Positions 17,029 to 24,224 of a stretch of 41,871 nt of DNA are shown one piece after another. The DNA comes from Minisyncoccota bacterium (GTDB lineage: Bacteria; Patescibacteriota; Minisyncoccia; Phycocordibacterales; UBA6899), in assembly GCA_031972735.1 (NCBI GenBank), contig DALYED010000001.1, forward strand, positions 50,832 to 92,702. The letters run 5' to 3'. The notes under the pieces are model-generated. The model searched no databases and was not told the DNA's origin. It saw nothing but the letters and a program-made list of their open reading frames with translations. Every line of letters begins with the position of its first letter. Position 1 is the stretch's first letter. The position numbers and the translations under genes were made by a program.

Positions 17029-18804
17029 ATGCAACAAGAAGAACGTAAACGACTTCGCATCATTGCAGGAGTAATCCTTTTTTTCGGGTTACTTTTTATT
17101 GTGCGTCTCTACATGCTTCAAGTTGTTCATCACGACGATTTTACCAAGGAAGCACAGTCGCAATATATCGCAACACTTCCAAACCTCTACAATAGAGGAA
17201 ATATTTACTTTACCCAAAAGGACGGCAAACACGTTGCCGCCGCCTCTGTAGGTAGTGGTTATGTGATTGCGATAGTACCCAAGCTTGTCACGAACGAGCA
17301 GAGTTACTACGAAACTATTTCGGCTCTCATGCCACTCGATAAAAATGACTTTTTTACAAAAGTGGCAAAAAAGAATGATCCATACGAGGAGATTGCCACA
17401 CGAGTTCCTGATGACATTGCAAAAGAATTGAAAGCAATGAAACTTCCAGGTGTGCAAATCTTTAGGCAAACATGGCGTTTCTACCCAGCCGGATCACTCG
17501 CAGCTCAAACCATCGGGTTCGTTGGATACAACGGCAAACAACTCACAGGGCGATATGGACTTGAGTCATACTACAACGACACACTGACAAGGAATTCCGA
17601 AAATCTCTATGTCAATTTTTTTGCTGAACTTTTTTCAAATATTACTGATACAATCTTTGATCGTACCGAAGATCAAAGTGGTGATCTTGTACTCACGATT
17701 GAGCCGACCGTTCAGGCATATCTTGAAACTGAACTTCAAAGCGTCATGGATGAGTGGCATTCAGATGAAACAGGTGCGATCATCATGGACCCAAAGACAG
17801 GTGCGATCTATGCGATGGCGACAAATCCATCATTTGATCTCAATCAGTATGGCAAGGTGAAACATGTTGGAGTATTCGGTAATCCAAGTGTTGAAGATGT
17901 ATATGAGATGGGTTCGATTGTAAAACCACTTACCATGGCAGCAGGGCTTGATGCTGGCGTTATTAGCGAATCCACGACATATAATGACACTGGGCATATT
18001 ACACTCAACAATAAAACTTTTGGAAACTATGATGGACGTGGGCGTGGACCAAACACCCCAATGCAAAAAGTCCTCAATGACTCTCTTAATACAGGTGTGG
18101 CATTTGTGGTCGGCAAACTTGGCAATCAACGCTTTGCTGATTATTTACTCAACAAGTTTCATCTTGGCGAAGAAACTGGCATCGACCTTCCAGGTGAGCG
18201 ACAGGGTCTTGTTTCAAATTTAAGCTCAAAACGTGATATTGAATATGCGACTGCTTCATTTGGGCAAGGCATTGCGGTAACACCAATCAATATGATCGCT
18301 TCACTCGCAACACTAGGTAATGGTGGTATCACCGTTTCACCTCATGTTGTTTCAGAGATCGACTACACCTCAGGAAAAATAAAAAAAATTAGCCAGAATC
18401 CTCCAGAGCAAGCGATTAGCCCTCAAACATCTGAGCGCATAACGCGTATGCTTGTCACTGTTGTCGATAAGGCACTTTTGAATGGTTCTGTTTCAATTCC
18501 TGAATATTCGATTGCAGCCAAGACAGGTACCGCGCAAATTGCACGCTCCCCAAAAGATGGTGGTGGATATTATGAAGACAGATACCTCCATACTTTTTTC
18601 GGGTACTTTCCTGCATATAATCCAAGATTCATTGTCTTCATGTACACGTACTATCCAAAAGACGCGACTTTTGCATCACACACACTAACATTGCCATTTA
18701 TTCGTACTGCAAAGTTTTTGCTTCATTATTACAATATCCCTCCTGATCGAGGGGGTGCAAAGCCAGCGTTTCCAAATGTACAAAATACCAAAGTTCCTCA
18801 GTAG
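17029..18804 (+). CDS. ftsI: Class B penicillin-binding protein (division transpeptidase, FtsI/PBP3-like)
   Basis: 591 aa with an N-terminal TM helix and the motifs SxxK (SIVKP), SxN (SLN) and KTG (KTGTA). Located in the dcw context. Confidence 0.85.
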   Translation: MQQEERKRLRIIAGVILFFGLLFIVRLYMLQVVHHDDFTKEAQSQYIATLPNLYNRGNIYFTQKDGKHVAAASVGSGYVIAIVPKLVTNEQSYYETISALMPLDKNDFFTKVAKKNDPYEEIATRVPDDIAKELKAMKLPGVQIFRQTWRFYPAGSLAAQTIGFVGYNGKQLTGRYGLESYYNDTLTRNSENLYVNFFAELFSNITDTIFDRTEDQSGDLVLTIEPTVQAYLETELQSVMDEWHSDETGAIIMDPKTGAIYAMATNPSFDLNQYGKVKHVGVFGNPSVEDVYEMGSIVKPLTMAAGLDAGVISESTTYNDTGHITLNNKTFGNYDGRGRGPNTPMQKVLNDSLNTGVAFVVGKLGNQRFADYLLNKFHLGEETGIDLPGERQGLVSNLSSKRDIEYATASFGQGIAVTPINMIASLATLGNGGITVSPHVVSEIDYTSGKIKKISQNPPEQAISPQTSERITRMLVTVVDKALLNGSVSIPEYSIAAKTGTAQIARSPKDGGGYYEDRYLHTFFGYFPAYNPRFIVFMYTYYPKDATFASHTLTLPFIRTAKFLLHYYNIPPDRGGAKPAFPNVQNTKVPQ

Positions 18805-18845
18805 TGGTACCATATATGTATCAGTCAGTTTTCCAGTAAAATACC

Positions 18846-20165
18846 ATGAAACGATTTCTTAAACTCATTGTTGTCGCAGTGCTCACTTGGGAAGCCAACA
18901 TAGTACTCCGTAAGTACAAGCCTTTCATAGTTGCTGTGACTGGCTCGGTAGGGAAGACTTCAACAAAAGACGCAATCTTTGAAGTATTGAAGGGTACCAT
19001 TCAAGCTCGCAAAAGTATGAAAAGTTTCAATAGTGAACTTGGAGTACCTCTCACAGTACTTGGACTCGAAAATAAATGGTCTAGTGCATTTGGTTGGCTC
19101 GGGAACATCATTCGTGGCTTTTCGATGATCTTGTTTCCAACCCCATTCCCTCAATTGCTCGTGCTCGAAGTTGGTGCTGATCACCCAGGCGACATTAAAC
19201 GCATCACATCATGGCTTACCCCTGATATCACTGTGGTAACCCGTATTCCAGATCTTCCTGTACATGTTGAATATTTTTCATCACCAGAAGAAGTAAAAAA
19301 GGAAAAATCCGAACTTGTTAAAGCGATCAAGCAAACAGGAGTTTTTGTAGCGAATGCTGATGATCCAGCTGTAGTGGAAATGTCAGCGCTTACTCGTGCT
19401 CATATGATTACCTATGGATTTGGCGAAACTGCAATGATTCGAGGGAGTAAGCCACAGATTGCATATCGTGAGAAAGACGGACGCAACTATCCAGTTGGTA
19501 TGATGTTTCAGATCGATCACCATGGTGATGAATATCCAGTACTCCTGATGAATATCATTGGAGACCATGCTTGTACCGCAGCGCTTGCAGCATGTGCAGT
19601 TGGAGTTGCACGAGGAATACCAATGACACATATCATCGCATCACTTTCAGTACTCGAAACTCCACGCGGGCGCATGCGTATCATTGCTGGAAAAAATGGA
19701 AGCACTATCATTGATGACAGTTACAATTCATCACCAGTTGCGCTTTTGGCGGCACTCGAAACATTGAAAACCATTGATGCAAATCATCGTATTGCGGTGT
19801 TAGGTGACATGCTTGAGCTTGGTACGTATGCAAATACTGAACATTGGAATATCGGTCGCACTGTTGGGTCGTGGGTCGATCAGCTTGTTACCGTAGGTCA
19901 GCGATCTCGAGGGATTGCCGAGGGGGCAAAGACGGCAGGACTGCTTGAAGGCAAGATACGTACATTCATTAACTCAAAAGATGCAGGCGAGTGGCTACTC
20001 TCGGAGATAAAAACAGGGGATGTCATACTCGTCAAAGGCTCTCAAGGGTCAGGTGAAAACATGATTCGGATGGAGCGCGCAATCAAAGAAATCATGGCGC
20101 ATCCCGAGGATGCTGGCAAATTACTCGTAAGGCAAGAATCCGAATGGCTTGCTCAGTATAAATGA
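18846..20165 (+). CDS. murF: UDP-MurNAc-tripeptide--D-alanyl-D-alanine ligase MurF (lacks the canonical N-terminal domain)
   Basis: P-loop VTGSVGKTSTKDAI begins at about aa 31. The MurF-type motif FNSELGVPLTVLGL is present, and a Mur ligase C-terminal domain follows. Confidence 0.85.
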   Translation: MKRFLKLIVVAVLTWEANIVLRKYKPFIVAVTGSVGKTSTKDAIFEVLKGTIQARKSMKSFNSELGVPLTVLGLENKWSSAFGWLGNIIRGFSMILFPTPFPQLLVLEVGADHPGDIKRITSWLTPDITVVTRIPDLPVHVEYFSSPEEVKKEKSELVKAIKQTGVFVANADDPAVVEMSALTRAHMITYGFGETAMIRGSKPQIAYREKDGRNYPVGMMFQIDHHGDEYPVLLMNIIGDHACTAALAACAVGVARGIPMTHIIASLSVLETPRGRMRIIAGKNGSTIIDDSYNSSPVALLAALETLKTIDANHRIAVLGDMLELGTYANTEHWNIGRTVGSWVDQLVTVGQRSRGIAEGAKTAGLLEGKIRTFINSKDAGEWLLSEIKTGDVILVKGSQGSGENMIRMERAIKEIMAHPEDAGKLLVRQESEWLAQYK

Positions 20166-20192
20166 CATGCAACAAGAGTGATGCATGAAAAA

Positions 20193-20210
20193 ACAGCCCC
20201 ATGGGGCTGT
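20193..20210. terminator. Bidirectional intrinsic terminator (murF / 135-aa gene)
   Basis: Perfect palindrome ACAGCCCCATGGGGCTGT, flanked by an A-run upstream and a T-run downstream. Confidence 0.8.
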
Positions 20211-20225
20211 TTTGTGTTGGAATAA

Positions 20226-20633
20226 TCAATCCTGATCGTTTCCGTATATTGCACGCAACTTGCGTTCGGATTCTGCTTTTTGACTGCGACTGATTTGCAT
20301 CTCAATACCAAGCTTCTCTGTATATTCGTACAGTGCATAGGTGAGTCCATAGATCTGTGCACGACCATCTTTCGGGATCAAGATGGTCTGATGCTTATTT
20401 TCTTTAGGGAAATATCCACGCAGGCGGTAATTTCCTTGAAATTGAACGAGGTCAATCTCAGGACCAATCATTGTGGGTACAGAAGCAGGAATGAACGGGC
20501 CTATGAAATTCAGTACTCCGACTGATGAGGAGACGGCAATCACATAGGATGTGTCTTTCTCGATCGTGGTAGGGGAAATCGGTAGGGGAAATGAAAACCG
20601 CGTCACAGGTGGCGCAGTTATAAAGTCGTGCAT
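20226..20633 (-). CDS. Hypothetical protein (135 aa)
   Basis: ORF with AAGGA 9 nt upstream of the ATG. Shares the bidirectional terminator at 20193-20210. No family recognised. Confidence 0.5.
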   Translation of the reverse strand: MHDFITAPPVTRFSFPLPISPTTIEKDTSYVIAVSSSVGVLNFIGPFIPASVPTMIGPEIDLVQFQGNYRLRGYFPKENKHQTILIPKDGRAQIYGLTYALYEYTEKLGIEMQISRSQKAESERKLRAIYGNDQD

Positions 20634-20753
20634 GATTCTTTTCCTTATCGTGCAGGTTGTCGAAAGAACGGATGTTCAAATACCATTTTACACATATTTT
20701 AACCTGTGTCAAGAAAACTTCGCAAGCTAAGTAATAGGAGAGTGCGAAGCATG

Positions 20754-20782
20754 TTGACAGATATTCTTTTAATTATTACTGT
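20754..20782 (+). promoter_or_regulatory. Promoter candidate for yqhA-like gene: TTGACA-17-TACTGT
   Basis: TTGACA at 20754-20759, a 17-nt spacer and TACTGT at 20777-20782. The roughly 40-nt leader carries a GAGGG SD. Confidence 0.55.
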
Positions 20783-20828
20783 AAGCGTCGATAATTTGTT
20801 CTCCAATTCAACAAAGTGAGGGTAGTAT

Positions 20829-21359
20829 ATGAAATCTGAGAAACCGATTAAACTGCTTGGAAGTACAATTTTCTTCAGTCGTTGGCTCCAAGCACCCCTG
20901 TATCTAGGGCTCATAGTTGCGCAGGGTGTTTATGTATTTCATTTCATGAATGAATTACTCCATCTTGTACAGCGCACAACATCTATTTCTGAGACAGAGA
21001 TAATGCTTGTTGTGCTCGGTCTCATTGATGTTGTCATGATTGCCAACCTACTTATCATGGTGATTATTGGCGGCTATGAAACATTCGTTGCTCGACTCGG
21101 GAATGAAGATCATCCCGACCGACCAGAATGGCTTGGACATGTCAATGCAAGTACCATGAAGATAAAACTCTCCATGGCATTGATTGGAATTTCTTCAATT
21201 CACTTACTCAAGACATTTATTAATATCGATCATATTACCGATAAAGCAGTGATGTGGCAGGTCGTGATTCATATTACATTTCTTGTTTCGGCGATTGCGA
21301 TGGCATTTACTGATTACCTAATGAAAAAGACCGCAATCAGAACTGTCACTACTCACTAG
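20829..21359 (+). CDS. yqhA: UPF0114 family inner-membrane protein (YqhA-like)
   Basis: 176 aa. SRWLQAPLYLGL, IGGYETFV and SSIHLLKTF align by eye with E. coli YqhA. GAGGG SD, TTGACA-17-TACTGT promoter at 20754-20782, and a terminator downstream. Confidence 0.85.
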   Translation: MKSEKPIKLLGSTIFFSRWLQAPLYLGLIVAQGVYVFHFMNELLHLVQRTTSISETEIMLVVLGLIDVVMIANLLIMVIIGGYETFVARLGNEDHPDRPEWLGHVNASTMKIKLSMALIGISSIHLLKTFINIDHITDKAVMWQVVIHITFLVSAIAMAFTDYLMKKTAIRTVTTH

Positions 21360-21376
21360 TATCTTTGTGGAACACA

Positions 21377-21395
21377 ACAGCCCCATCAGGGCTGT
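21377..21395 (+). terminator. Intrinsic terminator of the yqhA-like gene
   Basis: ACAGCCC-catca-GGGCTGT followed by T8. Confidence 0.85.
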
Positions 21396-21492
21396 TTTTT
21401 TTGCACAAGGAGAAAGCAGGAGAGAAATGGGAGCTTCTTCAGAAGTAGTGGAAAGCACTTTGATTCTAAAGAGTGAGTAAAACTTTCTGATC

Positions 21493-21503
21493 ACTTAGGG
21501 TCA
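21493..21503 (+). repeat. Inverted partial copy of the tRNA-Glu acceptor 3' strand (CTTAGGGTCAC)
   Basis: The same 11-mer recurs at 21802-21812. TAGGGTCAC is the reverse complement of GTGACCCTA at 21681-21689 and 21856-21864. Confidence 0.7.
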
Positions 21504-21539
21504 CTTTGAACTTCGCGCTGAGTATTCTGTGTCAGGAGT

Positions 21540-21582
21540 CACTAAGTCTTTTGGTTTTACTTGCACACCAAAAGCCTAAGTG
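21540..21582. other. Long imperfect hairpin (14 of 16 bp, 11-nt loop)
   Basis: CACTAAGTCTTTTGGT (21540-21555) pairs with ACCAAAAGCCTAAGTG (21567-21582). Confidence 0.6.
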
Positions 21583-21647
21583 TTCACGACCCTGCCTCAC
21601 CATCTCGCAAAGCATCGATAAGGTTCCGGCTTCACAAAAAGAACAAA

Positions 21648-21665
21648 ATCCCGCGCAGGCGGGAT
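21648..21665 (-). terminator. Intrinsic terminator downstream of the 134-nt palindrome
   Basis: ATCCCGC-gcag-GCGGGAT, followed on the minus strand by TTTTGTTCTTTTT. Confidence 0.7.
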
Positions 21666-21678
21666 GTTTGTGTCTTTA

Positions 21679-21701
21679 TTGTGACCCTACAGAGAATCGA
21701 A
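21679..21701 (-). repeat. 23-nt perfect direct copy of the tRNA-Glu 3' end (T-arm 3' half plus acceptor plus 3' flank)
   Basis: TTGTGACCCTACAGAGAATCGAA at 21679-21701 is identical to 21854-21876, which lies within and just 3' of the tRNA gene. Confidence 0.9.
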
Positions 21702-21813
21702 GCTTACAGCTTCAGTACGCCTTTGCGATTTTCTCGAAGCAAAGCTTCTCGTAAATAGCGCAAAGCCCTTCGATTCTCTGACGCAGTGAAGCAGTTCACT
21801 GCTTAGGGTCACA
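21680..21813. repeat. 134-nt rod-like imperfect palindrome built on tRNA-Glu 3'-end sequence
   Basis: Outer 10-bp stem is 21680-21689/21804-21813 and the second 13-bp stem is 21690-21702/21768-21780. A bulged 8-bp hairpin lies at 21783-21802. Inner stems are 21719-21727/21759-21767 and 21736-21740/21744-21748. Confidence 0.8.
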
Positions 21814-21815
21814 GA

Positions 21816-21850
21816 CAAAAATGGCGCCTCTTGCGAGACGCTCATTTTTG
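21816..21850. terminator. Hairpin with flanking A/T runs immediately 3' of tRNA-Glu
   Basis: The core GCGCCTC-ttgc-GAGACGC has one mismatch and is extended by CAAAAATG/CATTTTTG. T-runs are present on both strands. Confidence 0.65.
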
Positions 21851-21856
21851 TATTTG

Positions 21857-21928
21857 TGACCCTACAGAGAATCGAACTCTGATTTGAGGCTTGAGAAGCC
21901 TCCGTCCTAACCGTTAGACGATAGGGCC
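21857..21928 (-). tRNA. tRNA-Glu (anticodon CUC), no encoded CCA
   Basis: Hand-folded cloverleaf. Acceptor GGCCCTA/TAGGGTC (one G-U pair), D arm GTCT-AACGGTTA-GGAC, anticodon arm GAGGC-TTCTCAA-GCCTC, T arm CAGAG-TTCGATT-CTCTG, discriminator A. Confidence 0.9.
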
Positions 21929-22061
21929 ATAAGTAAACATGGTAACATACAGGTTCGATTCTGAGAATCGGTCACACATAAATTTCCTGACGGAAATTTT
22001 GTTCGACCCAGTCTCGCGACGCTTGCCTTTCGAAGACTCAAACTTGCGTACCGCTCCGACC

Positions 22062-22124
22062 CTGAGTTCTGTACTCAAGCCAAGTCGTTGGCTTGTTACG
22101 ATGCTGACATCGTACAGAACTCAG
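22062..22124. other. Compact three-way-junction fold (possible structured RNA domain)
   Basis: P1 is CTGAGTTCTGTAC (22062-22074) pairing with GTACAGAACTCAG (22112-22124). Hairpin A is AAGCCAA-GTCG-TTGGCTT (22077-22094). Hairpin B is ACGATG-CTGA-CATCGT (22098-22113). Confidence 0.6.
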
Positions 22125-22153
22125 CTCCGCTTTTCGGCTTGAGCACCTTCATT

Positions 22154-22174
22154 TAACCGTGAGACGATAGGGCC
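22154..22174 (-). repeat. 21-nt copy (1 mismatch) of the tRNA-Glu 5' end (acceptor 5' strand plus most of the D arm)
   Basis: TAACCGTgAGACGATAGGGCC at 22154-22174 compares with TAACCGTtAGACGATAGGGCC at 21908-21928. The copy cannot close a D stem, so it is not a tRNA. Confidence 0.85.
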
Positions 22175-22294
22175 ACTACATATCTGAAAACTTCCACAGA
22201 ATAACGAATTTCGCTGATTCTGTAAAGGATTATCATGATTATGTCCATGCTGAGCTATCCTGATAATTTAGACAAGAACTGCTACAATAGCTCA

Positions 22295-22915
22295 ATGCTA
22301 AAGATATACCTCGTGCGACATGGGCAAAGTAGAGATAACCAACAAGGTATCTTGGGAGGGCATCGCGATGAACCTCTTACAGAACTTGGTGAGATACAAG
22401 CTAAGAATGTTGCACAGTATTTTCAAGAGCAGGGGATTGTGTTTGATTATGTCGCGACTTCTCCTTTTGTGCGTGCATATCGAACAACAGAAATTATTAC
22501 CGAAGCGCTCAAACTTCCGAAGCCACACGTAGTAGCGGATCTTATGGAACGGGACTTTGGTGTCATGACAGGAGAACGCGAATCAACAATCCTCGAACGC
22601 TGTGCTCCAAATGTCATCAGCACGAAAGACACCACATACTTTCTTACCGCAAAAGGTGCAGAACCTTTTCCTCAGGTGGGAAAGCGTGTGCGCAAAATCT
22701 TAAATTCGCTTTATAAGCGGTACAACAATGGAACAATACTCCTTGTTACTCACGGTGATGTAGGGAAGATGCTCTACGCGACCTTCTATCAGCTCGACTG
22801 GAAAGAAGTACTCCAGCTTGTAGATTTTCATCATGGTGATGTGCTCCTTCTCGCCCCAATTGAGACCACTGAAGAATCCTTCGCATACAGTCAGCCTGCG
22901 CAAAAAGATGCATGA
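22295..22915 (+). CDS. Histidine phosphatase family protein (phosphoglycerate mutase-like)
   Basis: RHG motif (IYLVRHGQSRDN) and second catalytic His context (LLVTHGDV). Start set at ATG 22295 (MLKIYLVRHG), with TACAAT 6 nt upstream. Confidence 0.85.
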   Translation: MLKIYLVRHGQSRDNQQGILGGHRDEPLTELGEIQAKNVAQYFQEQGIVFDYVATSPFVRAYRTTEIITEALKLPKPHVVADLMERDFGVMTGERESTILERCAPNVISTKDTTYFLTAKGAEPFPQVGKRVRKILNSLYKRYNNGTILLVTHGDVGKMLYATFYQLDWKEVLQLVDFHHGDVLLLAPIETTEESFAYSQPAQKDA

Positions 22916-23601
22916 AGTCTATTTCTTGCATCATACCGGCATACAATGAGTCACAGCGCATTCGCGCTACGCTTGAGGTGGCAGTCTCGCTTCTTGGGGT
23001 ACACCTCTCTGAAATTATTGTCGTAGATGATGCTTCGACTGATCAAACAAAAACCATCATTACACAATTCCCTCAAGTGCGATTGATTGCTCATGAGGCA
23101 AACGAAGGCAAGAGCAAGTCTGTTGCCGATGCGATTAGTGTATCAACAGGGGAATACATGTTCTTGCTCGATGCAGACCTTAAATTTCTGAATGCACAAC
23201 ATCTCATTGATATGCTCACCCCAATACAAGATAGTGTAAGTGATGTCAGTATCAGTTACCGCAAAAATGCGTGGCCACTCTTTCCGTTCAGATCGATTGA
23301 TTATCTTTCTGGTGAGCGGATTCTCCCTAAGGTGGTCCTTGTGCCTGCACTTATGCAGATGGCAAAACTTCCAAGTTACGGACTCGAGGTATTTCTCAAT
23401 CGAATCATCATTGCAAAGCAACTCAAGATAAAAGTTGTACGCTGGCAGGATGTTGAAAATGATTTCAATCAACATAAACATGGTTGGTGGAAAGGTGCAG
23501 TCATCATTGCGAGAATCTGGCTCAATGTCCTCTCTACGGCATCAATCATCGAGTTGTACGCTCAGAATATTCACCTCCGCAAACTGATTGTGCATGAATA
23601 A
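22912..23601 (+). CDS. Family 2 glycosyltransferase
   Basis: IIPAYNESQRI, VVDDASTDQT and the DxD motif (LLDADL). Has a 4-nt ATGA overlap with the upstream gene. Confidence 0.85.
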   Translation: MKSISCIIPAYNESQRIRATLEVAVSLLGVHLSEIIVVDDASTDQTKTIITQFPQVRLIAHEANEGKSKSVADAISVSTGEYMFLLDADLKFLNAQHLIDMLTPIQDSVSDVSISYRKNAWPLFPFRSIDYLSGERILPKVVLVPALMQMAKLPSYGLEVFLNRIIIAKQLKIKVVRWQDVENDFNQHKHGWWKGAVIIARIWLNVLSTASIIELYAQNIHLRKLIVHE

Positions 23602-23619
23602 TTCGCTTGAGAAATAAAA

Positions 23620-23647
23620 ACACCACCCTGTTTCGTGTGGGTGGTGT
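23620..23647. terminator. Convergent terminator (GT2 gene / secreted-protein gene)
   Basis: ACACCACCC-n10-GGGTGGTGT. The minus-strand side is followed by TTTTATTT. Confidence 0.7.
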
Positions 23648-23653
23648 TTCAAG

Positions 23654-24085
23654 TTATTTTTTTGAAAGATTTTCGTGGAGTGTTTTGATTTCGAGGATCT
23701 TGTTTGCAACGCGTATCGCACTCAGATTATTTGCGTCACATGAGATAGCGTAATGATACTCTCTCAAGTCAGTACTCATCCGTTCAATTGCATCTTCAAA
23801 TGCGCGGGCACTCTCTAGTTTTGTCCATGCGTCAATTGAGAGTAGTGTCGCCACCGCCTCTCTATTGTGGGGATTGTGTTCGATCGAGGCAGTAAGCCAA
23901 CGTCTTGCTTGTATCTTATTGCATTGCACCAGAAACAGCGTACCAATGAATCGGTCAGATTCACTATTTGCAATCGGATCCTCATATGGGTGTTCGTGGA
24001 TAGGGTAGGGTTGCTGGGCACTTGCTACTGTCGAACACAGCAATGCAAGCAATGTGGCGAGAAAGAACATTCCAAGTTGAAACAT
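23654..24085 (-). CDS. Hypothetical secreted protein (143 aa, signal peptide)
   Basis: GGGAG lies 6 nt upstream of the ATG. The N-terminal MFQLGMFFLATLLALLCSTVASA looks like a signal peptide. No family recognised. Confidence 0.6.
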   Translation of the reverse strand: MFQLGMFFLATLLALLCSTVASAQQPYPIHEHPYEDPIANSESDRFIGTLFLVQCNKIQARRWLTASIEHNPHNREAVATLLSIDAWTKLESARAFEDAIERMSTDLREYHYAISCDANNLSAIRVANKILEIKTLHENLSKK

Positions 24086-24224
24086 CGATATCTCCCAAAA
24101 TTGTTCTACTTCTTATCATTCATCCAATATGCGATTTAGTCAAACGTATTACCAGCAGTGAACGATTCGACTTCGTGCAAATTTGTGGTAAAAATAGTCT
24201 GGATGAACATCAAGGAGAATTATT

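Noticed and set aside
21951-21975. T-arm-like GGTTCGATTCTGAGAATCGGTCACA on the plus strand as a tRNA or tmRNA 3' end.
   Set aside because: The flanking bases do not form a T stem (ACAGG vs CTGAG). No acceptor partner, CCA or tag-reading frame is present.
21506-22142. Track ORFs 21506-21754, 21561-21758 and 21939-22142 in the tRNA region.
   Set aside because: They run through terminator hairpins and tRNA-derived repeats, have no SD, and their translations are low-complexity and Arg/Ser/Leu-rich. The region is better explained as non-coding.
22114-22143. RNase P RNA-like 3' motif (ACAGAAC ... CGGCTTGAG).
   Set aside because: The two halves are separated by 15 nt, unlike the contiguous ACAGAAnnCGGCUUA. 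No GAGGAAAGUCC P4 5' strand was found on either strand nearby.
21931-22174. A second tRNA-Glu gene interrupted by a group I intron, with the 5' exon at 22174 and downward.
   Set aside because: The 5' copy diverges right after the D loop (GTCT-CACGGTTA-AATG cannot close the D stem). There is no anticodon arm or matching 3' exon other than the intact tRNA itself. I saw no group I core (P4-P6, P3-P7) elements.
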